64,000 nt of DNA, from contig CAWETU010000001.1 in the NCBI GenBank assembly GCA_963812135.1, positions 1,792,001 to 1,856,000 on the forward strand, written 5' to 3'. The notes beneath the pieces were generated by a model. It ran no database searches, had not been told where the DNA came from, and was given only the letters and a program-made list of their open reading frames with translations. Of this stretch, positions 30,116-40,379 are shown in pieces. Source of the stretch: Vulcanimicrobiota bacterium (GTDB lineage Bacteria; Vulcanimicrobiota; Vulcanimicrobiia; Eremiobacterales; Eremiobacteraceae). How positions within the stretch are numbered: the stretch's first letter is position 1; each line of letters begins with the position of its first letter. The position numbers and the translations under genes were made by a program.

Positions 30116-31389
30116 GCCCGAGCGGGCAACGCGCCGACCGGCGCGTCCTCACGCACGATGATCTGAGAGCGCTCCGGGCCGACTGAGATATACGCGATAG
30201 GCACGCCGATCTCAGCGGCGAGCGCATCGAGATACGTGCGCGCATTTTTGGGAAGCGCATCGTAGCTGCGCGCGTTCGTGGTCTCTTCCGGCCAACCGGG
30301 AAAGCGACGCAGGACGGTCTTCGGCCGCGCGGCCATGGCGAACGGCAGCGATCCTTCGGGGACGCCCTCGTATGCAGTGCACATGCAGACTTCCTCGAGT
30401 CCGTCGAGCACATCGAGCTTCGTGATCGCCAGGTGCGTGAGGCCATTGACCTGCGCGACGTAACGTAAGGCGACCGCATCGATCCAGCCGCAGCGACGCG
30501 CGCGCCCGGTGACCGTGCCGAATTCTGCGCCCCGCTCGCGCAGGCGCTCGCCGATCGGGCCGTCGAGCTCGGTGGGGAACGGCCCCGCGCCCACTCTGGT
30601 GGCGTAGGCCTTGGCGACGCCGATCACGTGATCGACCTCCGTCGGCCCGAACCCGAGACCGGCGCCGGCGCCGCCGGCCACAGTGACCGACGACGTGACG
30701 AATGGGTACGTGCCGAATGTGACATCCAGCATCGCGCCTTGCGCGCCTTCGGCGATGACCCGTTTGCCCGCGTGGACGGCATCGTGCAGCAAGCCGATCG
30801 TGTCACGCACGTGCGGCAGAACAACAGCGGCTTGGCGTTCGAGATCCGCGACGATTGCAGCGGGATCGATGACGATGCCCTCTCGCTCGAGCTCGCGGCA
30901 ACGCCGTTCGATGATCTCGCGACACCGCGCAAGGTCGCGCAAGTCGCCGGCGCGCACACCCCGGCGCGCCGCGCGGTCGACGTAGGCGGGGCCGATGCCG
31001 TTGCCTGTGGTCCCGAGCGCCGCCGCACCGAGCGCGCGCTCGGCGGCGCGGTCTTGTTCGATGTGATACGGCAGGATGAGGTGGGCGAGATCGGAGAGCC
31101 AGACGCGCGAGATGTCGACACCGGCCGACTCCAGCGACTGCAGCTCTTGCGCGAACTGCGCGGGCGAGACGACCGTGCCGGGACCGATGATGCAATCCGC
31201 GACGCCGGCCAGCACGCCGCTGGGGACGATGCGCAGCTTATACGTCTTGTCTCCGACGCGCACGGTGTGGCCCGCATTCGCTCCGCCTCCGAAGCGTCCG
31301 ACGATCTGTGCGCCCGCCGCCAGGAAGTCGACGATGCGCCCTTTGCCTTCATCACCCCATTGCGCCCCGATGACAAGGGTTATAGCCAC
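30112..31389 (-). CDS. purA: Adenylosuccinate synthetase
   Basis: 'GAQWGDEGKG', 'GGANAGHT', 'EGAQG', 'TGR.RRCGW.D'. Confidence 0.97.
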   Translation of the reverse strand: MAITLVIGAQWGDEGKGRIVDFLAAGAQIVGRFGGGANAGHTVRVGDKTYKLRIVPSGVLAGVADCIIGPGTVVSPAQFAQELQSLESAGVDISRVWLSDLAHLILPYHIEQDRAAERALGAAALGTTGNGIGPAYVDRAARRGVRAGDLRDLARCREIIERRCRELEREGIVIDPAAIVADLERQAAVVLPHVRDTIGLLHDAVHAGKRVIAEGAQGAMLDVTFGTYPFVTSSVTVAGGAGAGLGFGPTEVDHVIGVAKAYATRVGAGPFPTELDGPIGERLRERGAEFGTVTGRARRCGWIDAVALRYVAQVNGLTHLAITKLDVLDGLEEVCMCTAYEGVPEGSLPFAMAARPKTVLRRFPGWPEETTNARSYDALPKNARTYLDALAAEIGVPIAYISVGPERSQIIVREDAPVGALPARA

Positions 31390-31444
31390 GCGTGCCCCCT
31401 TCTTAATGAAGGGTGTTTTCGCGGAAATCGGCGGGAAACCCGCA

Positions 31445-31468
31445 CGGTCGAATAAATTCGACCGCTAC
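31445..31468 (-). repeat. REP family-1 copy
   Basis: GTAGCGGTCGAATTTATTCGACCG. Confidence 0.9.
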
Positions 31469-31470
31469 AT

Positions 31471-32817
31471 TCACATGCCGGGGATCGTCGGCGTCGGCAG
31501 CGGCGTGAAGCCCATCAGTCGATCGAGCACTAACTCCGAATACAGCGAGCATGGCCAGCCGAAGTTCGAGCGCGTGAACTGCGACGGCGTGTTCGGGTCG
31601 AACGATTCGTGCAAAAGATGATCGCCAGTGTCGGACGCTTGAAGCTGCGCGAGCACCGAGGTGACTTCGTTCGGATCGGTCGAGGTCAGCGCTTGCATGA
31701 CCAGCGCGAGCGGCCACACGTAGCCGTGCGGCGTGTGCGGGCTGCCGATCCCGCGCGCGTACTTGCCGGTGAAGTAGAACGGATCGTCTCCTGAGAGCAC
31801 GAAGCGCCGCGTGTTCATGTATATCCCGCTGTTGGCTTCCGCGAAGCCCATGTAGGGGATCGACAGAAGGCTCGGGACGTTGGCGTCGTCCATCAGGACG
31901 CTGTGGCCGAGGCCATCGACTTCGTACGCGTAGATGTAGCCGTACTTGGCAGTATAGACGATGCCGTATCGGTTGATACCGTCGATGATCCCCGAGCGCA
32001 GCGCCTCGACCTCGTCGCGCTTGAGGTCATCGTGCCACACGTTCTGCTCGATGTCTTTGAGCTCGCCTAACGCGACCACCGCGAACATCTCTTCTGGGAT
32101 GTTGTAGCCATACGTCGCGGGATCGTCGCTCGGACGGAACGCGGTCCATACCATGCCGGTGACGGCGGTCGGTGCGCCCTTGCCATCGTTGATGAGTTCG
32201 CGATGGCGGTAGGTCGAATAGCTGTGATCGCGTTCGAGCTGCATGAGGCCGAGCGCACGCTCGTACGCCGACTTGACCTCGGGCGTGAACACCGACGAAT
32301 CGCGCGTCTGCTTCCAATACATCCATGCGAGCTGGATCGGATAGAGCAGCGAATCGAGTTCGTACTTCTCTTCGGCTACTTTATAGTCTCGGTTGAAGGC
32401 GTTGGCGTATGGATCGAGCGCCATGTTCCTGGCTTCGCGCGAGACGACGCCTCGCAGCATGTTGCGCACTTCGGGATCGGCGACGAAGAAGAGATACGGT
32501 CTGACCTGGGCGCTCGCGTCGCGCAGCCACATCGCGCCGATGTCGCCCGTGATGACGTACGTGGTCTGGTCGTTCTCGAACGACACGTCATAGCGGACGG
32601 TCGAGAGCAGGCATTGCGTGTACAGCTGGCCGGTGTCGATGGTGCCGCCATGGAATTCCGCGGCGGCTGCTGAGATGGCAGGCAGTTCGGTGGCCCGCGC
32701 GACACCCGCAAAACTGAGCACAAAAATGACCCCGGCGAGCGCCGAGGTCCAACGCATGACGAAGCGGACCGGTTTCATGGGAGTTGCGAGCGCTCCTAAC
32801 TCTTCGTATGTGCTCAC
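31471..32817 (-). CDS. Glycoside hydrolase family 125, start uncertain
   Basis: 'ITGDI.AMWLRD', 'KYELDSL', 'FRPSDD', 'MDDANVPSLL', 'HESF'. Confidence 0.92.
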   Translation of the reverse strand: MSTYEELGALATPMKPVRFVMRWTSALAGVIFVLSFAGVARATELPAISAAAAEFHGGTIDTGQLYTQCLLSTVRYDVSFENDQTTYVITGDIGAMWLRDASAQVRPYLFFVADPEVRNMLRGVVSREARNMALDPYANAFNRDYKVAEEKYELDSLLYPIQLAWMYWKQTRDSSVFTPEVKSAYERALGLMQLERDHSYSTYRHRELINDGKGAPTAVTGMVWTAFRPSDDPATYGYNIPEEMFAVVALGELKDIEQNVWHDDLKRDEVEALRSGIIDGINRYGIVYTAKYGYIYAYEVDGLGHSVLMDDANVPSLLSIPYMGFAEANSGIYMNTRRFVLSGDDPFYFTGKYARGIGSPHTPHGYVWPLALVMQALTSTDPNEVTSVLAQLQASDTGDHLLHESFDPNTPSQFTRSNFGWPCSLYSELVLDRLMGFTPLPTPTIPGM

Positions 32818-32880
32818 TCCTACGACATCGGCACAGTTCGCAGTGCGCAGTAGACAAACCCTGCGCTCAAGCGCTGATTC

Positions 32881-34077
32881 TCAGCGAGTTGTGACCGTTT
32901 TCTCACTTTGAACGACGGCACCCAAGGGCAGACGTATCGCCAGGCATCCTCCGCGCCTCGGCCGTCGCACGAGCTCTAGGCTGCCGGCATGCGCTTCCAC
33001 CAACAGCCGCGCGATCGACAGACCGAGCCCGACGCGGCCGTCAGCATCGGGCGCAAAGGGCGTTCCAAGCGCGGATGCTGCGCGTTTGGAAAAGCCCGAG
33101 CCGTCGTCCTCGACTTGAACCGTCGCTATTCCCGCACTCGCGGCGATGCGCACGCGCACGCGACCGCCGGCCGGCGAATGCCGCACCGCGTTATCGAGCA
33201 GGTTGATGAAAACTTGCTGGATGCGCTCGGCGTCGACGACCGGCGTCGCATCGCCGCGCACGTCGAAGCGGATGCGCCGGCTCGGAGCGATTGAAAGAGC
33301 GCTCCATGCGGCGCATGCGAGCGCTCGCAAGCTATGCGGCCGAGCGGATAGCGACAGCCGCCCGGCCGTCCATGCGCCTGCGTCGATGAGGGTCTCGACC
33401 AGACGATGCAGTCGCCGAGCTTCCACTGCGACGATTCCGCCGTACCGCATGCGCTCGCGCGTGTCCAGATCTGATTCGTCGCGCAGGCGCTCCGCGTATC
33501 CGAGAATGGCCGTCAACGGCGTGCGCAGCTCGTGGGTCACCGCCGCCAGGACGAGGGCGCGCTGCGCTTCGATTCGCGCGACCACCGCTGCGCCGCGAAT
33601 CGCTTGGCGCAATCCGTCGAGCGGCCGATCCTCTGACACCGGATCGACGACCGTCCAGCCGGCGATCACGCCGGGCGCATCCGCTTTGCCATTGCCGCGC
33701 GCGAGAGCGCGGAGCTGCGAGCGCACCGTCGCTTGCAACCGGCCCGCGATGAGTCCGAGGTGTGCGTCGTTGACGGTCGCGCGCGCGGGTGCGTCCACCG
33801 CGCGATCGACGAGCAGCGCGACGAACCAGCGCGCGCCAGGCCCGGCGGCGACCCGATCGCTGCCGCGCAACACATTGCCGACGGAGTCGCGCAGCGCGGT
33901 GGCCACCACGCGCTTACACGCGCTCAGCAGCGCGCGCCGACGCCGAACGGGCACGCGATCGACGCCCGTCAGCTCGAGATAGAGCAGCGGCGCAGAGCGG
34001 CGTGCCGCCGCGAGGTCGAGGAGCGGCGCGCCGAGCGAACGCAGCTCGCCGATGCGCGAGCCGGCCGTGCGCCGTTC
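32881..34077 (-). CDS. Cytoplasmic histidine kinase with degenerate GGDEF-like input; no clear start codon
   Basis: 'HELRTPLTAI', 'NLLDNA', 'DDG.G', 'GLGL.IA'. Confidence 0.8.
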   Translation of the reverse strand, partial: ERRTAGSRIGELRSLGAPLLDLAAARRSAPLLYLELTGVDRVPVRRRRALLSACKRVVATALRDSVGNVLRGSDRVAAGPGARWFVALLVDRAVDAPARATVNDAHLGLIAGRLQATVRSQLRALARGNGKADAPGVIAGWTVVDPVSEDRPLDGLRQAIRGAAVVARIEAQRALVLAAVTHELRTPLTAILGYAERLRDESDLDTRERMRYGGIVAVEARRLHRLVETLIDAGAWTAGRLSLSARPHSLRALACAAWSALSIAPSRRIRFDVRGDATPVVDAERIQQVFINLLDNAVRHSPAGGRVRVRIAASAGIATVQVEDDGSGFSKRAASALGTPFAPDADGRVGLGLSIARLLVEAHAGSLELVRRPRRGGCLAIRLPLGAVVQSEKTVTTR

Positions 34078-34786
34078 AAGGGGGCGCTGAGAACTTGTAG
34101 CCAACGCCGTGCACCGTTTGGAGATGCTGTGGCGCGGACGCGCGCTCTCCGAGCGCGCGGCGCAAGCGCCGGATGTGGACGTCGACCGTGCGCGGGTCGC
34201 CCTCGTAGTCGAAGCCCCAAATGGTTTCGATGATCTGATCGCGCGTGAACACGCGGCCTTGGTTGCGGACGAGCAGCCACAACAGATCGAACTCTCGCGG
34301 TTTGAGCTTGACCGGCCTGCCGTCGATCGCGACTTCACGACGATCGGCATCGAGGCTCACCGCGCCTGCGGTGTAGCGCTGACCCGGTGACGGCGGCGCC
34401 TGACCGCTACGCCGCATGACCGCGCGCACGCGCGCGATCAGCTCGCGCGCTGAAAACGGTTTGACGAGGTAGTCGTCCGCACCGAGCTCGAGGCCGACGA
34501 TGCGATCCACTTCGTCACCTCGCGCCGACACCACGACGATCGGCGCGCGCGACTCTTTGCGCAGCGCCTTGCAGACCTCAAAGCCGTCGAGTCCGGGCAG
34601 GCCGATATCGAGCACGACGAGGTCAGGGGCGTGCGCACGCGCCCGGCGTAGCGCCGCCATGCCGTCCACGGCGATGGCCACATCGAATCCCTCGGCAGCC
34701 AGCGCGTCTTTGAGCAACGCAGCGATGTTGGGCTCGTCGTCGACGACGAGCGCGTGCAACGTGGCGGGTCCGGCGGCGACGGTCAT
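34076..34786 (-). CDS. OmpR/PhoB-family response regulator
   Basis: 'VVDDE', 'GADDYLVKPF', 'RTVDVHIRRLR', 'TV.GVGY'. Confidence 0.95.
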   Translation of the reverse strand: MTVAAGPATLHALVVDDEPNIAALLKDALAAEGFDVAIAVDGMAALRRARAHAPDLVVLDIGLPGLDGFEVCKALRKESRAPIVVVSARGDEVDRIVGLELGADDYLVKPFSARELIARVRAVMRRSGQAPPSPGQRYTAGAVSLDADRREVAIDGRPVKLKPREFDLLWLLVRNQGRVFTRDQIIETIWGFDYEGDPRTVDVHIRRLRRALGERASAPQHLQTVHGVGYKFSAPP

Positions 34787-35610
34787 CGCTGCAGGAATCC
34801 GATCGAGCCCATGAGCGGTCCGCCGCTGCCGTTGCGGCGATACGAATGCAGCGCCGGCTTGCCGTCGGGCGAGCGGTAGCATCGCGTACAGGCGGTGGCT
34901 ACATTGATCTGCGATCGCGGCACGCCGGCGTCGAGGAGGTTCGCGATGAGGACCGCGCCTAGGTTGAGCGAGACCGAATCGCTGCGCTGGCGCGGCGCGG
35001 TGAGCGCGGACGCCGGTCCCACGGCTCCGTCGATGTCGGCGAAACGTTGCGCGACTTCCGGTCCCACCTCAAAGCAGCACGGCCCGATGTGCGGTCCGAT
35101 CGCCGCGACCATCGCCTGGGGATCGCCCCGGTGCTCGCGCAGCGTTGCGACGGTTTGTTTGACGATGCCGTCGGTGGCGCCGCGCCAGCCGGCGTGCAGC
35201 ATCGCGAGATGCGAATGCTCGGGATCGACGAGCCAGACGGCAGCGCAATCCGCGGTGCGGATGATCAGCATATCGTCAGGCGAACTCGTCCAGACGGCGT
35301 CGGCATCCGGTGCGCTCGGGCGCCCCGCTTCTGCCTCGACGCATGTCGCGCTGTGGATTTGCGCCAGGCTGATGAGGCTGCGTTCCCCTCGCAGCCGCGC
35401 GCCCGCAAGCCATGCCATTGCATCCGCGTCGAGGCGCGCATCGACGCCGACGGGGCTGGCGAATCCTAACGCGCCTGTATCGGCGAGCGCCGTTGCGACG
35501 ACAATCGGCTCGCGGCCGGTGCTTTGCACGACTACAAAACCGCCGCCCAGGTCCTCGGTGACATCGGAATCTTCGTCGGCGCTCGAGCCGAGGTCCCTGT
35601 CCAGCCGCAT
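34783..35610 (-). CDS. pgeF: YfiH/PgeF family protein
   Basis: 'QIHS', 'TADC', 'HAGWRG', 'IGP.IGPCCFEV', 'CT.C', 'SYRR'. Confidence 0.9.
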   Translation of the reverse strand: MRLDRDLGSSADEDSDVTEDLGGGFVVVQSTGREPIVVATALADTGALGFASPVGVDARLDADAMAWLAGARLRGERSLISLAQIHSATCVEAEAGRPSAPDADAVWTSSPDDMLIIRTADCAAVWLVDPEHSHLAMLHAGWRGATDGIVKQTVATLREHRGDPQAMVAAIGPHIGPCCFEVGPEVAQRFADIDGAVGPASALTAPRQRSDSVSLNLGAVLIANLLDAGVPRSQINVATACTRCYRSPDGKPALHSYRRNGSGGPLMGSIGFLQR

Positions 35611-35611
35611 G

Positions 35612-36115
35612 TTATTCCAGCGTTTCGAACTCGGGGATGGCGCCGCGCGTCTGCGCCCGCTTGCGCAAGGCTTTGGCGATCTCCGGCGCGGTGAAGCCCT
35701 GGCGCTCGAGCCGGCGACCGAGCTGTTCGTAGCGGTCTTGCGGCCGCATCGCCTCGAGTTTCGCCAGCGCCCGATCGATGCGCTCCTCGTCGTCGTCGGT
35801 GAATCCGTCGAGGACCTCGCGCGCAAGATCGCCGTCGATGCCATGGCGCAGCAGATCGTGCAGCAGCCGCATGCGTCCGACCGGCTTGCGGTCGAGCACG
35901 CTCTTCACATAGAGCTGAGCGTAGGTGCGGTCGTCGACGTAGCGCCGTTCTTCGCACGTGGCGACGGCGGTCTCGATCGCTTCGGGATCGTAGCCGCGAT
36001 CGCGCAGCTTCTGTGCGAGCTGCGACTTGGTGAGCCGCTTGTACGAGAGCAGGCGGACGGCGGCCGCCAACGCGGGCGACTTGTTTCGGTCGAATTCATT
36101 CGACCGCTCCATCAT
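35612..36115 (-). CDS. recX: Regulatory protein RecX
   Basis: 'A.RLLS....T..QL.QKL', 'YVDD..YA', 'L.RQGF'; follows recA. Confidence 0.88.
   Translation of the reverse strand: MMERSNEFDRNKSPALAAAVRLLSYKRLTKSQLAQKLRDRGYDPEAIETAVATCEERRYVDDRTYAQLYVKSVLDRKPVGRMRLLHDLLRHGIDGDLAREVLDGFTDDDEERIDRALAKLEAMRPQDRYEQLGRRLERQGFTAPEIAKALRKRAQTRGAIPEFETLE
36087..36110 (-). repeat. REP family-1 copy (GGAG foot) in the recX 5' end
   Basis: GGAGCGGTCGAATGAATTCGACCG. Confidence 0.85.
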
Positions 36116-37153
36116 TTCTCGACGGCGGCGTACCTGATGCTGCCGTTGTCCGCGGCGTTGGGTTGGGCTTTGTCGAGCAGCGCACGGATCTTGTCCTCGA
36201 TCTCCTCCGCGAGCTCGGGATGCTCTTCCATATATGCTTTGGCGTTCTCGCGGCCTTGACCGATGCGGGTCTCGCCATACGTGTACCACGAGCCCGTCTT
36301 GCCGATGATGTTCTGCTCGAGGCCCACGTCGATGAGCGAGCCGCTGCGGCTGATGCCCTTGCCGTAGGTGATGTCGAACTCCGCGACCTTGAACGGCGGC
36401 GCCACCTTGTTCTTGACGACCTTGACGCGCGTGCGCGAACCGACGACATCGGTGCCGACCTTGATGGTCTCCAGTTTGCGGATGTCGAGGCGCACGCTCG
36501 AGTAGAACTTGAGCGCGCGGCCGCCGCTGGTGGTCTCCGGATTGCCGAACATCACGCCGATCTTCTCGCGGATCTGGTTGATGAACACCATGGTGGTCTT
36601 CGATTTGCTGATGGCCGCGGTCAGTTTGCGCAGCGCCTGCGACATGAGGCGCGCTTGCAAGCCGACGTGCGTGTCGCCCATATCGCCTTCGATCTCGGCT
36701 TTGGGCACGAGCGCGGCGACCGAGTCGATGACGACGATGTCGACGGCGTTCGAACGCACCAGCATCTCGGCGATGTCCAGCGCCTGTTCGCCGGTGTCGG
36801 GTTGGGAGACGAGCAGGTTGTCGAGATCGACGTGGAGGTTGCGCGCATAATTCGGGTCGAGCGCGTGCTCGACGTCGATAAACGCGGCGACGCCGCCCGC
36901 CTTTTGCGCCTCGGCGATGCAGTGCAGCGTCAGCGTCGTTTTGCCCGACGACTCCGGGCCGAAGATCTCGACGACCCTGCCGCGCGGCAAGCCGCCGACG
37001 CCCAAGCGCCAAGTCGAGCGCGATCGAGCCCGTGGAGATCACATCGATCTGCACGTTGGCCGCGGCCTCGCCCAGCTTCATGATCGAGCCTTTGCCGAAT
37101 TGGCGCTCGATCTGCGCGAGAGTGTTTTCCAGAGCTTTTTCTTTTTCCGACAC
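36112..37153 (-). CDS. recA: Recombinase A, 1-nt insertion near 37004
   Basis: '[11 protein letters not shown]', 'STGS..LD.AL' then 'GPESSGKTT', 'DSVAAL', 'ALKFYSSVR' in the next frame. Confidence 0.96.
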
Positions 37154-37200
37154 CAGGGTCTCCCTTATCCGATTGTTCCAGCCGAGTGCCAGAACGCTAC

Positions 37201-37229
37201 ATTATACGTCCTGACAGCCGCCCTGTCAA
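37201..37229 (-). promoter_or_regulatory. Consensus sigma70/sigmaA promoter for recA
   Basis: TTGACA (37229-37224), 17-bp spacer, TATAAT (37206-37201). Confidence 0.85.
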
Positions 37230-38131
37230 AACAGCGCATCGACGTACGACGCCGGGTCGAACGCCTTGAGCTGGTCCACCTGCTCGCCGAACCCGACGTA
37301 TTTGACCGGCAGGTCGGCTTGGTCCATGATCGCTACGACTATCCCGCCCTTTGCCGTCCCGTCTAGTTTCGTGAGCACGATGCCCGTCACTTCTGCCGCG
37401 TCGTGGAACAGTTTGGCTTGCGACAGCGCGTTCTGTCCAGTCGTGGCGTCGAGCACAAGCAGCGTTTCGTGCGGCGCGCCTTCGATTTCGCGAGCGATGA
37501 CACGCCGTATTTTCTTGAGTTCTTCCATTAAGTTGTGCTTGGTCTGCAACCGTCCCGCGGTATCGATGAAGACCACGTCGATGTTGCGGGCCTTCGCCGC
37601 AGCCAGGCCGTCGAAGACGACTGCCGCGGGATCCGCGCCCTCGGCGTGCCGGATCAGCTCCGCGCCGGCGCGCTTGGCCCAGATGGCGAGCTGTTCGGCT
37701 GCGGCCGCGCGGAACGTGTCGCCGGCGACGAGCAGCACGCTGCGACCTTGCGCCTTCGCTTGGGCCGCCAGCTTGCCGATCGTCGTGGTCTTGCCCGACC
37801 CGTTCACGCCGACGACGAGCACCACGTGGGGCTTGGTGCGAGGCGGCACGGGAGCGAGCTTGGGGTGCGTGAGGTAGTCGGCAACGTCGGAGCGGAACAC
37901 TCGCACGACGTCGCCCGCGGCCCGCAGGTTCTGCTGTTGGGCCGCCAGTTTGAGCTGCGCGACGATCTTTTCGGTGGTGCTGACCCCGAAATCGGCCGAG
38001 ATCAGCGTTTCTTCGAGCTCGTTCCAGAACTCGTCATCGACGAGCTGGCGGCCGATGAGGGCGTTCCAGTGGCCGGCGAGCCCGTTGCGCGTCTTGGACA
38101 GGGCGTCGCGGAGCGAGGAAAGCCACTGCAT
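37226..38131 (-). CDS. ftsY: SRP receptor FtsY
   Basis: 'GVNGSGKTTT', 'DTFRAAA', 'DTAGR', 'TKLDGTAKGG'. Confidence 0.97.
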   Translation of the reverse strand: MQWLSSLRDALSKTRNGLAGHWNALIGRQLVDDEFWNELEETLISADFGVSTTEKIVAQLKLAAQQQNLRAAGDVVRVFRSDVADYLTHPKLAPVPPRTKPHVVLVVGVNGSGKTTTIGKLAAQAKAQGRSVLLVAGDTFRAAAAEQLAIWAKRAGAELIRHAEGADPAAVVFDGLAAAKARNIDVVFIDTAGRLQTKHNLMEELKKIRRVIAREIEGAPHETLLVLDATTGQNALSQAKLFHDAAEVTGIVLTKLDGTAKGGIVVAIMDQADLPVKYVGFGEQVDQLKAFDPASYVDALF

Positions 38132-38303
38132 GGACCGACTGCTTCGACGGCGGCGCGCCGCCTACTTGTGGATAACCCGGTTAGCGGCGCGCCCTGGGCG
38201 ACCAGGCGGCTACGGGTTCAACCGGACGCGCTGGCATCGGATATCAGGTCTTAGCCGCCGAGCGGGCGCAGCCGCGGGCGGTGGCTTGATTCTGAGTTTT
38301 GGA

Positions 38304-38912
38304 TCAACGTGCGCCCGTCGACCACGTAGCCTCAACATCGGGCAACCCGACGGAAGTCCGCCTCACAAAAATTAGCGTGTCGCGCGGCGTTGTGGAGTGT
38401 GGCTTCATCTCGTTTCCCTTAAGATGCTGCTCTAGGGTGAAACCGAGTCGGCGCGCGACTGCCGCACTACGCGTATTATCCGGATCGCAATGTATTTCAA
38501 CGCGCTTTGCTTCGAGAACTTGAAAAGCATACCGCGTCAATGCGGCGGTTGATTCGGTGATGTACCCCTGGTTTGAGAATTGCTTGCGTACCCAGTAGCC
38601 GATCGCAGCGCTGCTGCTTCCCTCAACCAGATTGTTGAATCCCGAACTACCTACCAGAGCGTTGCGCTGCCGCTCAAAAAGCAAAATCCCCAACAAGCCC
38701 CCTTCAAGCCGAACTGTGCGCGCGTCGCGAATGAAATGCTCGCACTCTTCAAGTGAGGGCTTCTTTTCGGCCCAGGACATCCACGCATGGAGATCCTCGA
38801 ACGATTCATTAATGGCCGCTCTTAGCTCTGCCGCATCTCCGCGCGCATGCGGTCGAAGCAAGAGACGCCTCGTCGAGATCGGAAAAGGAAGGTTTGCAAG
38901 ATCAAGTCGCAT
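38304..38912 (-). CDS. RimJ/RimL-family GNAT acetyltransferase
   Basis: 'T.RLLLR', 'IGYW', 'N.RS.AVA.RLGF'. Confidence 0.88.
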   Translation of the reverse strand: MRLDLANLPFPISTRRLLLRPHARGDAAELRAAINESFEDLHAWMSWAEKKPSLEECEHFIRDARTVRLEGGLLGILLFERQRNALVGSSGFNNLVEGSSSAAIGYWVRKQFSNQGYITESTAALTRYAFQVLEAKRVEIHCDPDNTRSAAVARRLGFTLEQHLKGNEMKPHSTTPRDTLIFVRRTSVGLPDVEATWSTGAR

Positions 38913-38924
38913 TGCAGCTAGTAG

Positions 38925-39534
38925 TTAGTCTGACACTGTGACGCGTTCCCTCGCCGCTTCTGGCCAATGCGTGTGCATCTCGAGGCGCCGCACTCCTTTA
39001 GGGTAACTCGACGGGGTTTTCGTCGTATAGTCCTGCGAGAGGACGGTGATGTATTCGAAGTTCTCCCAGATGCCAGGATCGTCGTTCGACTCCCGCGCGA
39101 GCGCGGTGAAATCGGCCAGACGGTTCCAGCTGCGAGGGATCACCGCGCAATAGCGATCGAGGAAGAGCTCTGGGTCGACGATTCCGGTTTTGACAAGGAT
39201 CCCCAGCTCCTCATACGTGTTGCCGATGAGGATCGCCGCCTGACGAATCTTGACCAACTCCGGATCGACCTCGGCCGGTGAGGGATCGCGGACGAACGCC
39301 ACGACATAGCGGCGGAACGCCGGGTCGGCCATCGCGGGTCCCAGCCTGTGCACCACCACCTGCTCCGCTTGCTTGAATTCGTCCCTGCTGAAGTTCTCGC
39401 CGATGCTCAGCATCGCGGCGATCTGATTGCCGGTGCGCATGTGGCGCAATTGGATGATCGCCGCGATCGCGGTGGTGGCGATCACCGCGGCGGTCAAGCA
39501 GCGTTCCAGCGGTGTTGAGAACTTCGAGCGACAC
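38925..39534 (-). CDS. DUF4760-like membrane protein, 1-nt insertion near 39496
   Basis: 'MSLEVLNTAGTL' joins 'LTAAVIATTAIAAIIQLRHMR.GNQI'; 'N.YEELG..VK.G', 'WENFEY'. Confidence 0.6.
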
Positions 39535-39548
39535 GCCGATGTCCGCCG

Positions 39549-40379
39549 CTACGAGGCTTGTTGGGTTTGTTGGGGTTTCTTGCGGACGTACTTTTGGCGG
39601 ACGGTGGGGTCGCCTTCGCGGAAGCCCAGATCGAGATGCAACGTCTTGAGCTTGGAGCGCAGCCGGATGACGGCTTGCGCGTGGATCTGCGATACGCGGG
39701 ATTCCGAGACGTTGAGCACGCTCTTGATGTCTTTGAGCGTCAGCCCCTCGAAATAGTACAGCGAGATGACGGTGCGCTCTTGCGGCGGCAGCGACTCGAC
39801 CGCTTCTGAGAGCGCGCCTTTGACTTCGGCGGATTCGACCTGATGGGTCGGGTCGGGTCCGGAATCCTTGAGCGTATCGAGCAGCGCGACGTCGTGTCCC
39901 TTTTCGTTCGGCAAGAACTCTTCGAGCGATAAGATCGACGTGCCGCGGACCTTGAGCAGCAGCGTGTGGTACTCTTTGAGCGACAGGGCCAGCTCTTTGG
40001 CGACTTCTTCATCCTCTGGGGCCCGGCCGAGGCGGCCTTCAAGGCCGGCGAACGCTCGCTCGAGCTCGCGCGCCTTCTGGCGCACGGCGCGCGGCACCCA
40101 ATCCATCGCGCGCAGGGCATCTAAGATGGCGCCGCTGATGCGGGTCGTCGCGTACGTCTCGAATTTGACGCCGCGCGAGTCGTCGTATTTGCCGATCGCG
40201 TCGATCAATCCGAGAATGCCTTCATTGATGAGGTCGTTGATCTCGACGTGCGAGGGAAGATTGACGGAGATCTTGCCGGCGACGTATTTCACCAACGGCA
40301 GGTATTTGTGGACGATCTCCTCGCGGCTCAGGTTGTGGCCGGCGATCGCGTACGTGCGGGAGACCGGACGCGTGATCAT
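39549..40379 (-). CDS. fliA: FliA/WhiG-family sigma factor
   Basis: 'YLPLVKYVA', 'KFETYA..RI.GAILD.LR..DWVPR', 'VSESRVSQIH'. Confidence 0.9.
   Translation of the reverse strand: MITRPVSRTYAIAGHNLSREEIVHKYLPLVKYVAGKISVNLPSHVEINDLINEGILGLIDAIGKYDDSRGVKFETYATTRISGAILDALRAMDWVPRAVRQKARELERAFAGLEGRLGRAPEDEEVAKELALSLKEYHTLLLKVRGTSILSLEEFLPNEKGHDVALLDTLKDSGPDPTHQVESAEVKGALSEAVESLPPQERTVISLYYFEGLTLKDIKSVLNVSESRVSQIHAQAVIRLRSKLKTLHLDLGFREGDPTVRQKYVRKKPQQTQQAS

Noticed and set aside
18389..37153. Programmed frameshifting or true pseudogenes in aroQ, gatB, recA
   Set aside because: No slippery heptamers or other decay; uniform +1 insertions fit sequencing error better
35612..37153. 513-aa RecA-RecX fusion ORF in the track
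   Set aside because: Artifact of the recA frameshift running into the recX frame
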